Source: Octopus sinensis (Eukaryota). From it: a DNA stretch of 64,000 nt. Within the stretch, counting starts at the first letter, position 1; each line of letters begins with the position of its first letter. The position numbers were made by a program, and so were the translations under genes. The notes under the pieces are model-generated. The model was given only the letters and a program-made list of their open reading frames with translations, was not told where the DNA came from and searched no databases. The DNA lies in the NCBI RefSeq assembly GCF_006345805.1, contig NC_043013.1:20088001-20152000 (forward strand), given 5' to 3'. Shown piece by piece: positions 23,965 to 39,084 of the stretch.

Positions 23965-26668
23965 GATGGGCTTCTTTCAGTTTACGTCTACCAATTCCAC
24001 TGACAAGTCTTTGGTTGGATGAGGTTAAGTAGAAGACACTTGTCCAAGGTGCCACCATGTAGTTGGGAAGCAAGCTTCTCATCACACAGCCACGCCTAAG
24101 TTCTTCTAGTGTTTTGGTTATGTATTTGTCTGTATGGTTTTTAACCATACCTAATACATTGATTATTATAGAGATTATTTTTGTTTTCAGGCCCCACAAT
24201 CTGGTTGCCTTTGTTTCCAGATCTTTATATATCAAAATCTGGAAAAAAACAACAGTGAGTGTTTTACATTATAAGGCACAAAAAGAAAATTACTCTCCTC
24301 AGACACAACAGAATATATTCCAAGAGTTTCTTTGTTTCTTTCAGAAATACATTGCCATTTTGTTAAAAGTACATTGTTAGAAGTACATGTCAATTAAAAG
24401 GCATTTTTTCACTAGTTGTCACTGTGTCTTTTTTACAACCCAAGGAAATACCCATAACTAATGACCAAAGATCTTTTCAGCTGCTTCTTTCATCAGCTCT
24501 ATACCAATTATTGTGCAAGATATTTTCTATTAGTTGACGATAACTATGTCTGGTATTCGTGCCTTAATCAATTCAGCATATTAAATATTGAAAGCCCACA
24601 GCTTAACACGCTAATTTTCTTCTGCTGCATTCAGTCAATGATGTCTTTACCTCCTCTCACTACTTCCCAAATTATATTTTCTGCATTATTTCAGCATTGT
24701 CAATGTCATTGTTGTCATCGTTGTCATCATCATTCAAAAATCCATGTTCCATGCTAGCATGGGTTGAATGGTTAGATAGAATCTAGTGAGTACAAGGCCT
24801 GCATTGTACTCCAGTGTCTGCTTTGGAACGGTTCCTAATAAAATGAAATGGAGGCATAATGTTGCTGTCACTACAGATCAGTTCAAAGTACTTAAGAGGA
24901 AAGATTTACCACTTCTAGCAGAGTTCTTTGTTAGAGAGAGAGAGAGAGAGAGAGAGCAAAAATGTTTTCCCAATGGTAAGGAATATATAGCTTGGTAATA
25001 GGTTTGTTATCTCCTCTTTCAAACCTTTGTCTCACACAGCTGTTTCTTGTTCAAATAGTCATCATCATCGTCATTTAACATCCGCTTTCCATGCTAGCAT
25101 GGGTTGGACAATTTGACTGAGGACTGGCAAACCAGATGGTTGCGCCAGGCTCCAGTCTGATCTGGCAGAGTTTCTACAGATGGATGCCCTTCCTCTAATG
25201 CCAACCACTCCGAGAGTGTAGTGGATGCTTTTACATGCCACCGGCACGGGGGCCGGTCAGGTGGTCCTGGCAACGGCCATGCTCAAATGGTGTTTTTTAC
25301 ATGCCATCTGCACAGGAGCCAGTCCAGCGGCACTGGCAATGACCTTGCTCAAATGTTTTTTCACGTGCCACCAGCGCAAGTACCAGTAAGGCAACGCTGG
25401 TAACGATCATGCTGGAATGGTGCTTTTTACGTGCCACACAGATCCATGGAGAGAAACAAAATTACATTTAATCTTTCCCTAAATCATAATGCTTATATAT
25501 GTATGTATGTGTGTGTGTATATGTTTGTGTGTCTGTGTTTCCCCCCCCCCACATCACTTGACAACCGATGCTGGTGTGTTTATGTCCCCGTAACTTAGTG
25601 GTTTGTCAAAAGAAACCGATAGAATAAGTACTAGGCTTACAAAGAATAAGTCCTGGGATTGATTTGCTCGACTAAAGGCGGTGCTCCAGCATGGCCACAG
25701 TCAAATGACTGAAACAAGTAAAAGAGTAGGGTAGATGCAAGTGGTGAGATCTGGCTCGCTTGAACATATAATATCTGTTAGAATATTTGGGCCAATCCTG
25801 GCTGGTTTAACTGCTAAAGTATTAAGATAAGGTTTAATCTGAAGGAGATTTGGTTGCTATTTCTAGGAACCATATTCTCACGTTAGCTCATGGTTGAGGC
25901 ATGGTGTGAGTTAACAATAATTAATAACGATCTGTAATCAATATGCTATACAGTATTTCATTGTTATTTTCTCAGTTTAGAAGCCTGTCAAGGTTGACCC
26001 AACTTTTATTTCACTACCGTCTCTAAGTAGCAGGACACATTAGAAGAGTGGGGGTTGGGGGGCGATCAATTATATCCCTCCTCCTCCTTCTCCTCTTACA
26101 CATTTGTAGACATGTGTCCATGCAAGGATCATTATTATTGAGACATGAAGAAATATGAAGACAAATGGCGCTGCAGTGTATTTAATGATTCTTTTTGCAA
26201 GTGTTGCTTCAATTATCTCAAACTTTTCCTAATATTTCAAGAACAATAAAACCGAAAGCTATGCAATATTCCTGCAACCAATCAATTTAGTTCTCCAATA
26301 GAATATTTGCCTCATATTTAGAAGCATTTTATGCAATGGCTTCATTAAGATATTCACATTCTTGCACAAGCAGATTTTGGAAACTACACTCATAAGTAGA
26401 TAATTTCCACTGAAAATCTTTGACTCACTGCCGTTCAGTGAACTCTCTTTCACCACTTCATTGTCTATTTGCCCTGATTCTAGCTGTTTACCTATTTCTA
26501 CATGAATTTGCCCTGCATTTCTCTGTCTGTTTCCCATCTCTACATCAATTTGTGGTCAGATAATTGTCAGGCTTTAGGTATCAGCTTCAAAGAATCTGTT
26601 GGATATATATGTACATGTGCACATGTGTGTGTGTGGTGTGTGTGTGTGTGTGTATATGTATGTCTTAC

Positions 26669-26700
<32 letters not shown>

Positions 26701-26904
26701 GGTTTGGAGATGATGTACAGGTGTTTTATATTAGAAGAAATGAGGTACTCAGAAATTCTGATGGTTTTATATTTGCAGATATTTATTCGTATATTACATG
26801 TTTTTATACATCATGTAACTTATATCATATATCATATATTAGCGCTTTCATCCATTCTGGTAGAGTTTTCAAATTGAACTAAGCTCTTGTGGAAAAATTT
26901 TGAC

Positions 26905-26941
<37 letters not shown>

Positions 26942-27204
26942 AATTTAAAATGAGGGTGAGAAATTAGATATTAATTTAGTTAACATCGATTTCACACCAG
27001 TGGTCTAGCATATAAAAAAACTGAAGGTTCAGTAAAATTGTATTATATACATATTAGATTACATTTTGGTTGTTTTTGCAAAATTTTTCTTGAGAACATT
27101 TCTTAGTGCTAAGACCATAGCGGATCTATTTCTAGCATAAGGGTGTCCACATAGTGGTTTCCCTTTAATATGTTTATATATATATATATATATATACATA
27201 TATA

Positions 27205-28045
27205 CAGGGTGTGGTGAATATATTGTCATCTAAATTATGCAACAAAAAAACACTGACAGTTATTTTAACAAGTATATTTACTAAAATTACATAAAAATAT
27301 CTTGAAAGAGTAAATTTATTTGATAAAACTGCCATTGGCTTGAACCACTGTCTCCAGACGATTTCAGAATCTCTTGTAGCTCCTTGTTTAAGTTGGTGAA
27401 TGCCGCCATAATACTTACCTTCGATTCATCTTTGGTGTTACAAGGAGTTTTGTTGGTCAACTACACCCCACACCACGTAATAATCAAGGAGGTTGCAGTC
27501 TGGTGAGTTAGGTGGCCAGATGTTAGGGGTGATGTGGTTACAGAAATTGTCTGACAGCCATGACTGGGTTCCCCAGCTTGTGTGGCATGGTGTAGAGTCC
27601 TGTTGCCAGATATGGGGGTCTTCCAGCAGCCACTCTCTTGACCCAGGGCAGCACTACCTCCTCCAGGCACTTGATGCTGGCTTCTGTTTTGAATCTGTGG
27701 TCATGTGGGAAGATGAATGGAGGCATAACGTTGCCATCACTATTGATCACTCCAAACACCATGATGTTGATTGGATGTTTAATTTTTATCACTCATGGTA
27801 CACGCACTGTCCCCTCAGACTGACACCCAAACACTCTGAAATGTTTGTACTGGAGCTTCCGATGCAAATGCCAAGTAGTACAGTATGTTTTTTTTCCAAA
27901 TTTCTGGCAGAGTGATGCTGTTGTTCTCACAGACAGTGCCCAGCTAACCCTACTATACTGTGCAGACGACAACATCAAAAACCAAACCATGTGCATGTGT
28001 GAAATTAAAAATATAAAATGGTGACAATTTACCCATCACACCCTG
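27205..28045 (-). mobile_element. Internally deleted Tc1/mariner element of DD37D (maT) type
   Basis: TIRs CAGGGTGTG...ATTGTCA at both ends within TA context; transposase remnant VMPPFIFP, WQQDSTPCH...WPPNSPDCNLLDY with 37 residues between the last two catalytic Asp; frameshifted. Confidence 0.92.
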
Positions 28046-28059
28046 TGTATAGATACATA

Positions 28060-28093
<34 letters not shown>

Positions 28094-28774
28094 CATATAT
28101 ATATAGATAGATAGATATATAATCTTTTAAAATTGTTTAAAGGAAACGTTTTTAACATGCAAACAAAGCTCCCATTCCATTATGTTGGCTGCAGTCTAAT
28201 GATGCTGACTGGTAAACCAGCTTTTCAGGGCTGCATCGAGCTGTACCAATATAATGTAGGATAAATATTCAATGGAATTTTTAAACATCTAATGCATCAC
28301 TAAACATGCTTCCACAAGTCACATGTCTCTTAAGATCTCAGTCCATATTCCTGGGATGATTACAGTGTAATCCATAGTATCTGGGGACATTGGGTAGAAC
28401 ATCTTCATGGATTCATTTCTTCAGGCAATATAACACTAATAGATGTTTAACATCCATTAATGTTATTTATATATATATATATACATCAGGATGTAAACAC
28501 ACCAGCATCGGTTATCAAGAAATGTTGGGGGGACAAACACAGACACACAAACATATACATATACACATACATATATATATTTTTATATATATATATATAT
28601 AAATATACAAAGGGTTTCTTTCAGTTTCCGTCTACCAAATCCACTCACAAGGCTTTGGTCGGCCCAAGGCTATAGTAGAAGACACTTAACCAAGGTGCCA
28701 CGCAATGGGACTGAACCCGGAACCATGTAGTTCGTAAGCAAGCTACTTACCACACAGCCACTCCTACGCCTATA

Positions 28775-29640
28775 GTCATCCATATTGTAAATCAGATGGT
28801 TCACAAAGGAGTCTTACCCGAAGACTGGTAGCAGCACCGTAGTTAACTGCTAAAGGTAAGGGTGATGCATTAGATACAAATAATTACAGAGGTATCAATT
28901 TGTTGGATCAGATGATGAAAGTTATGGAGAGGGCTCGAGCCTAACCAATTAGGGAGAGAGTTAGTCTTGATGAGATGCAGTTTGGTTTTGTGCAAGGATG
29001 TAGCATCACTGATGCTATATTTCTGGTAAGGCAGCTGCAAGAGAAATGCATAGCCAAAGATAAACCTTTGTACTTGGCTTTTGTTGACTTGGAGAAAACC
29101 TTTGACAGAGTGCCCTGATCTCTTGTCTAGTGATCAATGCAGAAACTAGGGAGAGGCAGGAAGGATCCCTGTACAAGCCTTGTACAGGGATCCTACCAGT
29201 AAGGTGAGGGTGGGCAACAAGTACAGCAAAGAATTCAGGGTACAAGTAGGAATTCACCAAGGATCGATGCTCAGCCCCATCTTGTTCATCATAGTCCTCC
29301 AGGCAATAACAGGAATGCAAGACAGACTTTCCCTAGGAGCTCCTCTATGTTGATGATCTTATTCTTATAGCTGAATTACAACCAGAACTAGAGAAGAAGT
29401 TCCAGGTATGGAAGCAAGGTCTAGAATCAAAGGGCCTTAGAGTTAACCTAGTAAAAACCAAAGTCTTAGTAAGTAGGAAGGCAAACAAATCACAGATCCC
29501 TCCAAGTAGATGGCTCTGCTTGTTCTGTAGAAATTCCATAAGATGCACCCCGTGTAAGCTTTGGACACATAAGACATGCAACAATATCAAAGAAGGTTAA
29601 CGGGGAAATAGCTTTTGTGTGTGGAAGATGCACAGGTACA
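28775..29640 (+). mobile_element. Decayed RTE LINE reverse transcriptase
   Basis: NYRGINLLDQMMKV, QFGF, AIFLVRQLQEK, LAFVDLEKTFDRVP, GIHQGSMLSPILF, LLYVDDL (29346-29357); stops and frameshifts. Confidence 0.92.
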
Positions 29641-30027
29641 ATAAGCACCTGTGCTTTTGTGCAGACTCAGTGGTCAGAGTGTCAGGCTCACAATTATGAA
29701 GTTGTGAGTTCGATTCTCAGACCAGGCTGTGTGTTGTGTTCTTGAGCAAAACACTTTATTTTGCATTGTTCCAGTTCACTTAGCTGTAGTAATGAGTTGC
29801 CACATCACTGGTGCCAAGCTGTATTGGTTTTTGTCTTTCCCTTGGATAACATCGGTGGCATGGAGAGGGGAGGCTGGTATGCATGGCTGACTGCTGGTCT
29901 TCCATAAAATCAACCTTGCCCAGACATGTTCCTTGGAGGGGAACTTTCTAGGTGCATACCATTGTCATTCATGATCAAAGGGGGACTTTCCCCCTTTTTT
30001 TTACCCCATATGTGTGTGTGTGTGTAA

Positions 30028-30061
<34 letters not shown>

Positions 30062-31839
30062 ATAGATACATATGTATATAAATATATATATATGCAAAGA
30101 GATACATATGTATATATATATCCATATATTGTCTGTGTGGGTATGTGCCTATATACATGCACAGCATTCTCTGGAATCTCCTGCTGGTGTCAGCTGTTTG
30201 CCAATTCTTTGTTTCATCAAACACCTTGATTCCATCACTAACCATTCACTAAATGCTTCATGCTGTTGATGTTATTCTTGTCGTTGTTTCACTGATGTAG
30301 AGTTGAAAAAAAAAAAATATACATAAATATATAAAATATATTCCAGTCTTTGTAGATGAGAGCAGAATAAGAAATTGACTTCTTCATTTATTGTCTTTGA
30401 CAAAACTGATTCTATTCTAGTTTTTCATGTTTCCTTCTCATATTGTATCCAATGACAGGAATTGGTTTTACATTTCTGTCTCAATAGCTCTCACCCCCCC
30501 TCCACCTTTCCTCTCTTCCACTCACCTTCTCTTATCCTGTCTTATCCTGTTCTTTCATCTCCTCTCTACTTTTCCCTTTCTCTCCCTCCCTTTCTTTCTC
30601 TCCCCCTTTGTTATCTTGTTAGCTTGCTAAATCAATAACTGTGCTAGTTCTTACACACATATAACTCCTTGTGTGTGTGCGCTTACGTGCCTATATGTAC
30701 ATGTGTGTGTGTTTATATATATATATTGAATATATATATATTAAATATATACATATATTTAATGTATATATGAATGTTTGTACATATGAGTGATGTCTTG
30801 CACTTGTATGTGTGTGTGTGTGTGTGTGTATATATGTGTGTGAGTGCACGTGCACACACACATGCACGGAATAGCATGAAGCTAATGGACAAGAAAGGAA
30901 TCCAGTTTAAAAAAAAAACTGTATACTCTATAATGTGTATTGAGTTCTTCCTTATTCGTTTGACATGAATCATCATTTGCATATTAATTACATAAATCAT
31001 GATCATCTTGATTCTATTTCCTATGCTGGGTGGTTAGGATTGTTTAAAAGAATCTTTACTGGGTAGAAGACCATGTCTTGCTTCAGTGTCTTAATTTTGG
31101 TATGTTTTCTAAGACTTGGTGTCATCCCTCATACCAACCACTTCACAATATACCGAGGGCTGTTATTGTGGCACCAGCATTAGTGAGGTTGCTGTGTCAC
31201 TCACAAGACTGGCTTTGTGCTTTTGAAGATGTGGAATAAGACAATTCTTTACTTGAAAAGAAAAAAAAAAACTAGTGAAAGTTAACAACAGGAAGAGAAT
31301 CCAGCTATAAAACAATGCCTCAGGAATGTATACACCAACCTACTTTGGCATTGAAACACAAATAAAATTATATATCAGTCAATCCCTTTGTCCACCCATT
31401 CATGCATCCATCCATCCACCCATCCCTATCTGCCTGTCTGTCACTCTCTCTCTCTCCCCATACACACACACACACTGAAACACATATTTAAAGACACAAA
31501 TTTGTACATAAGTATAAAAATACAAAAATCAATCTAGTGATGGTCTGCATTGGCTAAATTCTGTGTTTATTGATAAAGTTTAACATTTCTTCGATTACGT
31601 TGTTGGCAGAGGAGTTTTCAATGATCCAAACGATCTTTCCTCAGGAAAGGGAAAAATTTTTGCTCTGTCCTTGATCAATAAGAGTTTGGACACAGTGAAG
31701 AATGACAGGACATGTAGGAGTTGTGGCTGCATGTATAAGTATGAGGAAAGTGGGTCTGTGAGGAAGAAGAGGATCTGAGAGGGAGTTTTGAGGTGAAGGA
31801 GAATTAGAGAAAGAAGCACGGGATTTTTCTTTTATTCTT

Positions 31840-32222
31840 TTATTCTTTTACTTGTTTCAGTCATTTGACTGTGGCCATGCTGGAGCACCACCTTCAATCA
31901 AGCAAATCGACCCCAGGACTTATTCTTTGTAAGCCTAGTACTTATTTTATCGGTCTATTTAGCCGAACTGCTAAGTTACATGGACGTAAATACACCACCA
32001 TCAGTTGTCAAGCAATGTCGGGAGACAAACATATACACAGACATACACATATATATATACATATATATACGACAGGCTTCTTTCAGTTTCCATCTACCAA
32101 ATCCACCCACAAGGCTTTGGTCAGCCCGAGGCTATAGTAGAAGACATTCACCCAAGGTGCCATACAGTGGAACTGAACCCAGAACCATGTGGTTGGGAAG
32201 CAAGCTTCTTACTACACAGCCA
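31840..32222 (-). mobile_element. tRNA-derived SINE (GTGGCTGTGTGGTAAG family), full length
   Basis: Head with B box and CORE-like body, internal TA/CA tract, (AAAAGAGT)-type tail; copies at 13960, 20630, 23810, 25530, 28495, 34500, 34975, 39760, 43610, 55725. Confidence 0.88.
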
Positions 32223-32713
32223 CACTGCACCTCTTATTTATTTTTGCAGTAACATTGTGTGATAGCCGTGAGGAGTCTGATCAGGCTGGTTTGAACATAA
32301 ACCTTGCAGAATATTTGAGCTGGATATGGATGGTTTAAATGTTTGTTTAAAGGCAAGAATATTAAGTGTGGTGGGTGTAATTGCTTCGGGAGCAAAAGCT
32401 TATCGATAGCATTTCAAATGTTGGTACCCAACTTGTCCACAGATGGTGAAGATGCCGACGACCGCCCGGTTCAAAGTCTCCCTTGACCACAAGAGCCCTG
32501 AACTCTTTACATGAACACCTCCCTGTACATAACTCCATGTCCCCCTACATGGCCTTGTTTTTTTGCTTTTTGAGCCCAAAAATTAACTAACTAACTTAAC
32601 TAACTAACTTCAGTCATTAATGACCATGGGAGTGCACCTAGAAAATTCCCCTCCGAGTCACAAGTCCAGGTAAGGTTGTTTATGAAAGACCAACAGTCTC
32701 TCATGCATAACAG

Positions 32714-32756
<43 letters not shown>

Positions 32757-34260
32757 CCTCCGATACTATCCAAGGGAAAAGCAAAGGCTGGTTCAGCTTG
32801 GTAGTGGTGATGTTGCAACTCATTCCTAAAGCTGAGTGAACTGGAGCAATGTGAAAATAAAGTGTCTTGCTCAAGAACAAAACACACAGCCTGGTCCAGG
32901 AATCGAACCCACTACCTCACGATTGTGAGCCTGATGCTTTAGCTACTGAGCCATGCATCTGAAACTAGTAACATTGTATGTATGGGGAAAGCGGTCAGCA
33001 AGGAAGATGATTTGGGAGAGAGTGAGGTTTGGATTGAAGGAGAATAGGAGAAAGGAGGACAGGATGGGAAGGAATATTAAATTTGTTTGTAAGGCAAGAA
33101 TATATGGTGTGGTGGGTGCAACACTTGGGTCAGGGGATTGATTAGGAACAAGAATGCTTGACAGCAGCATTCCAAATTTGTCCAAATTGTCCACCTGTCA
33201 TGGGACATTATACATCCTGAAATTAACAGTGCCACTTTGTAGTTACCCTCAAAATCTCTTATTTTATAGGCCTGAATGAGTGTTCCTCCTGATTCACTTC
33301 CCACCAGTTTCCCATGTTTGTGTCTCCTGAAGAATACGTTTATAGGAATGCTTTCACCTTTACTTTTAATTTTCTGAACTGAAAAACATTGCAAGTGAAA
33401 AATGTCAACTCTTTTTAACCAACAAAATTTCTATGTTTATATTCTAAAGAAGAGATGGAAGGAATTTTAAAACTTCTATTTCTACATACTCTCTCTCTCT
33501 CTTTCTCCCTCTCTCTCACTTTCTCCTTCTCTCTTTCTTCCCTCTCTTTCTAGAAATCCGTCTCTCACACTTCACTCCATTATAAACTCTAAGCTCCATC
33601 ACTAAATTGGACAACAGTAAACTTCACCATTAATAAAACAATTCAGTGTGAATTCTATAAATTCCATGATTATTCAACAAATCGAGTGTTGGCACATTTT
33701 GTCCGTGCTGTCCAGTTTCCAATGAGGTACTGTCAACTCCAAACTTCAATTATTGAATTTAGTAAAACTAAGAAAATCTGTCATTGACAGGTGTCATAAA
33801 ACTGTCGACTTTCATTTATTCTGCAAACTTCATAGAAAATCTTTGCACACTTTATCCACAGTACTTGCTTTCCAAACTTTCAGATTTCAACTTCATTTTG
33901 TCTTCTTCTTCGATGTGTTTTTTGCATTTGACCAAATTCTTTAGAATATTCATATTTCTGTTTCGGGGTGACTGCTTTTTAACAGTTTCTGCTATGCTAT
34001 TCATTGAAGTATTTTAGTCTCTCCAGCTCAGTCCACTGAGTTGTAAATAGATTCCATGACTCCTTAAAGCTCACTCATTAACCCATTAGCATTTAAACTG
34101 GCCTGTGACTTAACAGTTCAGCAAAAGGGACAGATAGAATAAATACAAAGAATAAGTCTTGGGGTCGATTTCTTCAACTAAAACCCCTTCAAGGTGGTGC
34201 TCCAGCATGGCTGCAATCAAATGACTGAAATGTGTAAAAGAATGTATGTGTGTGTGTGTT

Positions 34261-34293
<33 letters not shown>

Positions 34294-34716
34294 GTGTTTG
34301 ATTGTGGCAAAAATGGTTTAGGTGTATGGCCCTACTTTAAGAATGCATTTAGAGAACCACAATTGGGAGTACGCTCATGTGCTTTTGGTGATCAGAGTAA
34401 TACTGGATCTCTAAGGTTCTTTGATTGACCCTAGTTGCAGTTTCCCCTGTATTAGGGGGACTGCATCATTCGTGTTGCCACATACTTTGTATGCTCTTTT
34501 ACTCTTTTACTTTTTCAGTCATTTGACTGTAGCCATGCTGGAGCACTGCCTTCAGTCGAGCAGATCAACCCCTGGACTTATTCTTTGTAAGCCTAGTACT
34601 TATTCTATCTGTCTCTTTTGCCGAACTGCTAAGTTACGGGGACGTAAACACACCAGCATCGGTTGTCAAGCGATGTTGGGGGGACAAACACAGACACACA
34701 AACATATACACACACT

Positions 34717-34774
<58 letters not shown>

Positions 34775-34789
34775 ATATATATATATACA

Positions 34790-34968
34790 AAACGCACCCA
34801 CTACACTCTCGGAGTGGTTGGCGTTAGGAAGGGCATCCAGCTGTAGAAACACTGCCAGATCAGACCGGGCCTGATGAAGCCTTCTGGCTTCCCAGACCCC
34901 AGTTGAACCATCCAACCCATGCTAGCATGGAGAACGGATGTTAAACAATGATGATGATGATGATGATA
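34790..34968 (+). mobile_element. SINE 3' part ending GGAYGTTAAAC(GAT)n (RTE-like tail family)
   Basis: Highly repeated: 1197, 1505, 11880, 13315, 21263, 25065, 36420, 46812, 48910, 51455, 58590. The (GAT)n tail is shared with the RTE at 4421. Confidence 0.85.
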
Positions 34969-35186
34969 TGCAATGGGTTTCTTTCAGTTTTCATCTACCA
35001 AACACACTCACAAGGCTTTGGTCAGCCCAAGGCTAGAGTAGAAGACACTTGCCCAAGGTACCACGCAGTGGGACTGAACCCGGAATCATGTGGTTTGGGT
35101 AAGCAAGCTACTTACCACACAGCCACTCCTATGAACACTTTTATCACATTTCACTGCCTTTCCCATTTCTTTCTCTTCATCTTTAA

Positions 35187-35407
35187 CCCTTTGGCATTTA
35201 AACCGGCCATATCCGGCCCCAAATATTCTACCTCTTTTACATTCAAACTGACTGGATCCAGCCTCTTACATTAATCCTACAATGCCATGCTAAAAATAAA
35301 CAATAACATCATCAAAATCTCAAAGCTACAAGATAATGCATGAGATATTTAAATCAACATAAATAAATAAGCATTACACTTGACAAAATAATCTGAATAC
35401 TAAAGGG
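35187..35407. mobile_element. piggyBac-like MITE
   Basis: TTAA at 35183-35186 and 35408-35411; termini CCCTTTGGCATT / AATACTAAAGGG. Confidence 0.78.
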
Positions 35408-36816
35408 TTAATGCAGAAGCCTACACAACCTGTTGACTGCCCTTGTGATAGGCAGAGATATGTTTTTTTTCAGGCACTAAAGATTTATTGGTTGTTTTGG
35501 TTCAGATTTCTTTGAGCAGTTCACAAGACCAACCTTAGACAAACTTAATAAGAATTTGAACGTTTGCATGGATCTTTGATATCTAAAACTTTGCTTGCCT
35601 TGCATCTCACTTCAGTTTTATGCATTTATAGCCCCTGAGGCTTCTAAAAGTAATCACCACCATCATTTTCATTATAGATAATATCCATTGCCAGTGAGAT
35701 TTACTCCTATTTAATATTCTCCACCCGAATCCTAAGTACACCCTCCAACTCACTACAATCCAATTCTGACAATACCTAACTTAATTTCCTTGAAATCTTG
35801 TAATACAGAGTTTTTTTGTCTTTTTCTGCAAACGTCCCAAGAACGGTGCCGGAATTTTAAAATGATGCTTCAAGTTACCAAAATCAAGAATTACTTGAGA
35901 ATGTCTTACTCTGTGTGTGTGTGTGTGTACGCACATGTATGCGTGTGCATGTGTGAATGTCTTTGTGTTGTCTATACGTCTGTATGTGTGTATGTATTAA
36001 CTGAATAATTGGTTTCAAAAATATTGCAGTGATAATACACAAGGGTTATATGCATGTGTGTGTATTTGTATTTGCATAGATATGTATGTGCACACACACA
36101 AACACACACACACACTCGCTCACACATTCACACAAGTAGAATTGTATTTGAATTTATTAATAGAAAAAGTACTTTGTATTTAAGTAGATTGCATATGTTT
36201 TTTTGTGTGTTTATTTGTGTGTGTGTGTGTGTGTGTGTTTGGATGGTGTTTTAAATGATGTAACTTGAAATGTGTTTTGGGAGAACTGTGCTGTCAATTT
36301 TCTGTTTAGTTTTCTGCTTTAATAATTATAATAATAATGATAATAATAATAATAATGATGACGATGATGATAATAATAATGATGACGATGATGATAATAA
36401 TAGAAATAATAATGATGATGATGATGATCATCATCATCATCGTTTAACGTCCGCTTTCCATGCTAGCATGGGTTGGACAGTTCAACTGGGATCTGGGAAG
36501 CCAGAAGGCTGCACCAGTCTGATCTGGCAGATGATAATAATTGTAATAATAATAATGATAATAATAATAATAACCCTAATCTTGAGCCTAAAAACAGAAA
36601 CAATCCCTATAATAATAGGTACATTAGTTATGATTAAAACCATTCAGACAAATACATAACCAAAACACCATACAAGTATATATAACATACAGAAAAAAGG
36701 CACCACTAGGTACCATGTACATCTTTCAATATACTGTGAAGAGCATCACAACAAACCTAAGGAACACACAACTATGCTCAGTAGTGCAGTGAAAGCACAT
36801 GATAAAACAAGACTGT

Positions 36817-36849
<33 letters not shown>

Positions 36850-37972
36850 GCCCTGATGCAGGACCAGGCAGTGCCTCTCATGGCTTCTGATCTTAACTGA
36901 TTGGAAGTGTTGTCCTGTGTATTGTTTTGTTTTGGTATAAAAGATGGGCTACAGCAAATATTCTGCTCAATACCACAGATTTGCTTGTCAGTTGTTTGAC
37001 CTTAATCATTTGAGCATGTCCCTTAGTGGCTGATAATATGTGCATCTCTGATCTCGACCAGAAGTAGTGGGGGAGCATCATAGCCATGTGTCGAGAGGGA
37101 TTCTTTGGGGTTTGGATAATTCACCTCTGGAAACATGGGTGTTTCGTTTAACATCCTTAAACAACCCTTATTCAGGTGATCTCATATTAAGCTAAACAGT
37201 GCATGACCTTGTAGGTGGGGCCCACTTAGAATTTTCTTCTGGTCGAGTAACCCATCCTGCTCAAAAATAAATATGAAGCTTTCTTCTCAACCATGTTGTT
37301 TCGGGTTCAGTCTTATTTGGTGCCCATCTTTTGTACCAAAACAAAACAATACATTTATAACTATCCCATGATATCGAGATAAGGGGACACAGGTACAGAT
37401 ATACATATACAAGGAGTTTCTTTTAGTTTCCACCAACCGAATCCACTCAAAAGGCTTTAAGCAGATTGAGGCTGCAGTAGAGGACGCTTGCGCAAGGCAC
37501 CAAATGAGACGGAACCCAAAGCAACATGGTTGAGAAGAAAGCTTCATATTTATTTTTGAGCAGGATGGGTTACTCGACCAGAAGAAAATTCTAAGTGGGC
37601 CCCACCTACAAGGTCATGCACTGTTTAGCTTAATATGAGATCACCATGTCGCGCACATATGGTTGTGATGCATGTGCCTGGGGTACCCTTATCAGCCGGA
37701 TAGTCATAATGAGTATACTGGGCTTCGTATATTTTACCCCAGTGTGACTTAGATGGCTTGCACTGCTCTCTCACTCAATAATAATAATAATGATACTTTC
37801 TATTATAGGCACCAGGATGTAAGCCAGTTTGGAAAGTAGACATAAAAAATGACAGTGATGATGCTAATGATGTTGATTATGATAATTATGTTGATAATAC
37901 TGATGACCATGATGATGATGATAAGGATGATGATGGTGATGATGAAGATTCGAACTTGACTGTCTTCTGTAG

Positions 37973-39046
37973 ATGTATGTGGATGATTTTGTATTCTGTG
38001 AAAATGAATTGTTTGCAGAGGATGTGAGGGAAATATTGGAAAAGAAATTTAAAGTAGGAACTCATGCGAGTGGAACATTCTAGTCTTTAGGATGGAATGG
38101 TAATCAATCAACAAGTGGCATTGCTTATAGATCAAGATTTCTACTGTTTCATATCTGCAGCAGAAATAAAGTCACTGCGGAAAAACGATGAGCTAGTCAC
38201 AACATATGACCTCCACCTAACGCCTCAGATTCATCCAATCCTATCATCTAATGCTTGTAGAATGAGCGATTTTGGCAAATGTTATAAAATGAAAATCCCG
38301 TTTGAAGCTAATTAAGCATTATCAAGATTGGAATCCAGAAAATGTTCCATATCATTTCTAGCCTTGAGAAAAACTTTCAGATCTAAACATAATCAGCAAT
38401 TTTGATGCTACTTACGCCAGTTTGGAAGATGGATCTGCATAGAATGGTTTTATCACATTTGTTGGAAATAATCCTTTCTTCTATAAACATGAGATCTGAT
38501 ATCTTGAAGGAAGAAGCTAATTGGTTACATTGAATCCCCCCACCCCCCACCAGGACTCAGCTTGTGCTTATTTTATTGACCTGTAAAAGGATGAAAAGCA
38601 AAGCCAACCTCAGAAGAATTTGAACTGGAATCTTATTTCTTTATTGCCCACAAGGGGCTAAACATAGAGGGGGCAAACAAGGATAGACAAAGGATTTAGT
38701 CGATTACATCGACCCCGTGCATAACTGATACTTAATTTATCGACTCCGAAAGGATGAAAGGCAAAGTCGACCTCGGTGGAATTTGAACTCAGAACATAAT
38801 GGCAGACGAAATACCTATTTTTTTACTACCCTTAAGAGGCTAAACACAGAGGGGATGAACAAGGACAGACAAACGGATTAAGTCAATTATATCGACCCCA
38901 GTGCGTAACTGGTACTTATTTAATCAACTTGGAAAGGATGAAAGGCAAAGTCGACCTTGGTGGAATTTGAACTTAGAACGTAACTGCAGACAAAATACCG
39001 CTAAGCATTTCACCCAGCGTGCTAACCTTTCTGCCATCTCGCCGTC

Positions 39047-39084
<38 letters not shown>

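Noticed and set aside
24465-24505. CTGATGA...GAAA on the minus strand (also 51312, 55165, 63912)
   Set aside because: Stems I and II cannot be formed or the cleavage triplet is invalid; treated as chance matches.
31585-31810. Protein-like frames (FDYVVGRGVFNDP... on plus; apparent acceptor plus exon on minus)
   Set aside because: Homologous to 32950-33130, and the minus strand resembles a decayed PLE GIY-YIG region (TYTCSHNSYMSCHSSLCP), so it is a repeat rather than a host exon.
33600-34010. A-rich minus-strand stretch with short protein-like frames
   Set aside because: Multiple stops and no identifiable motif.
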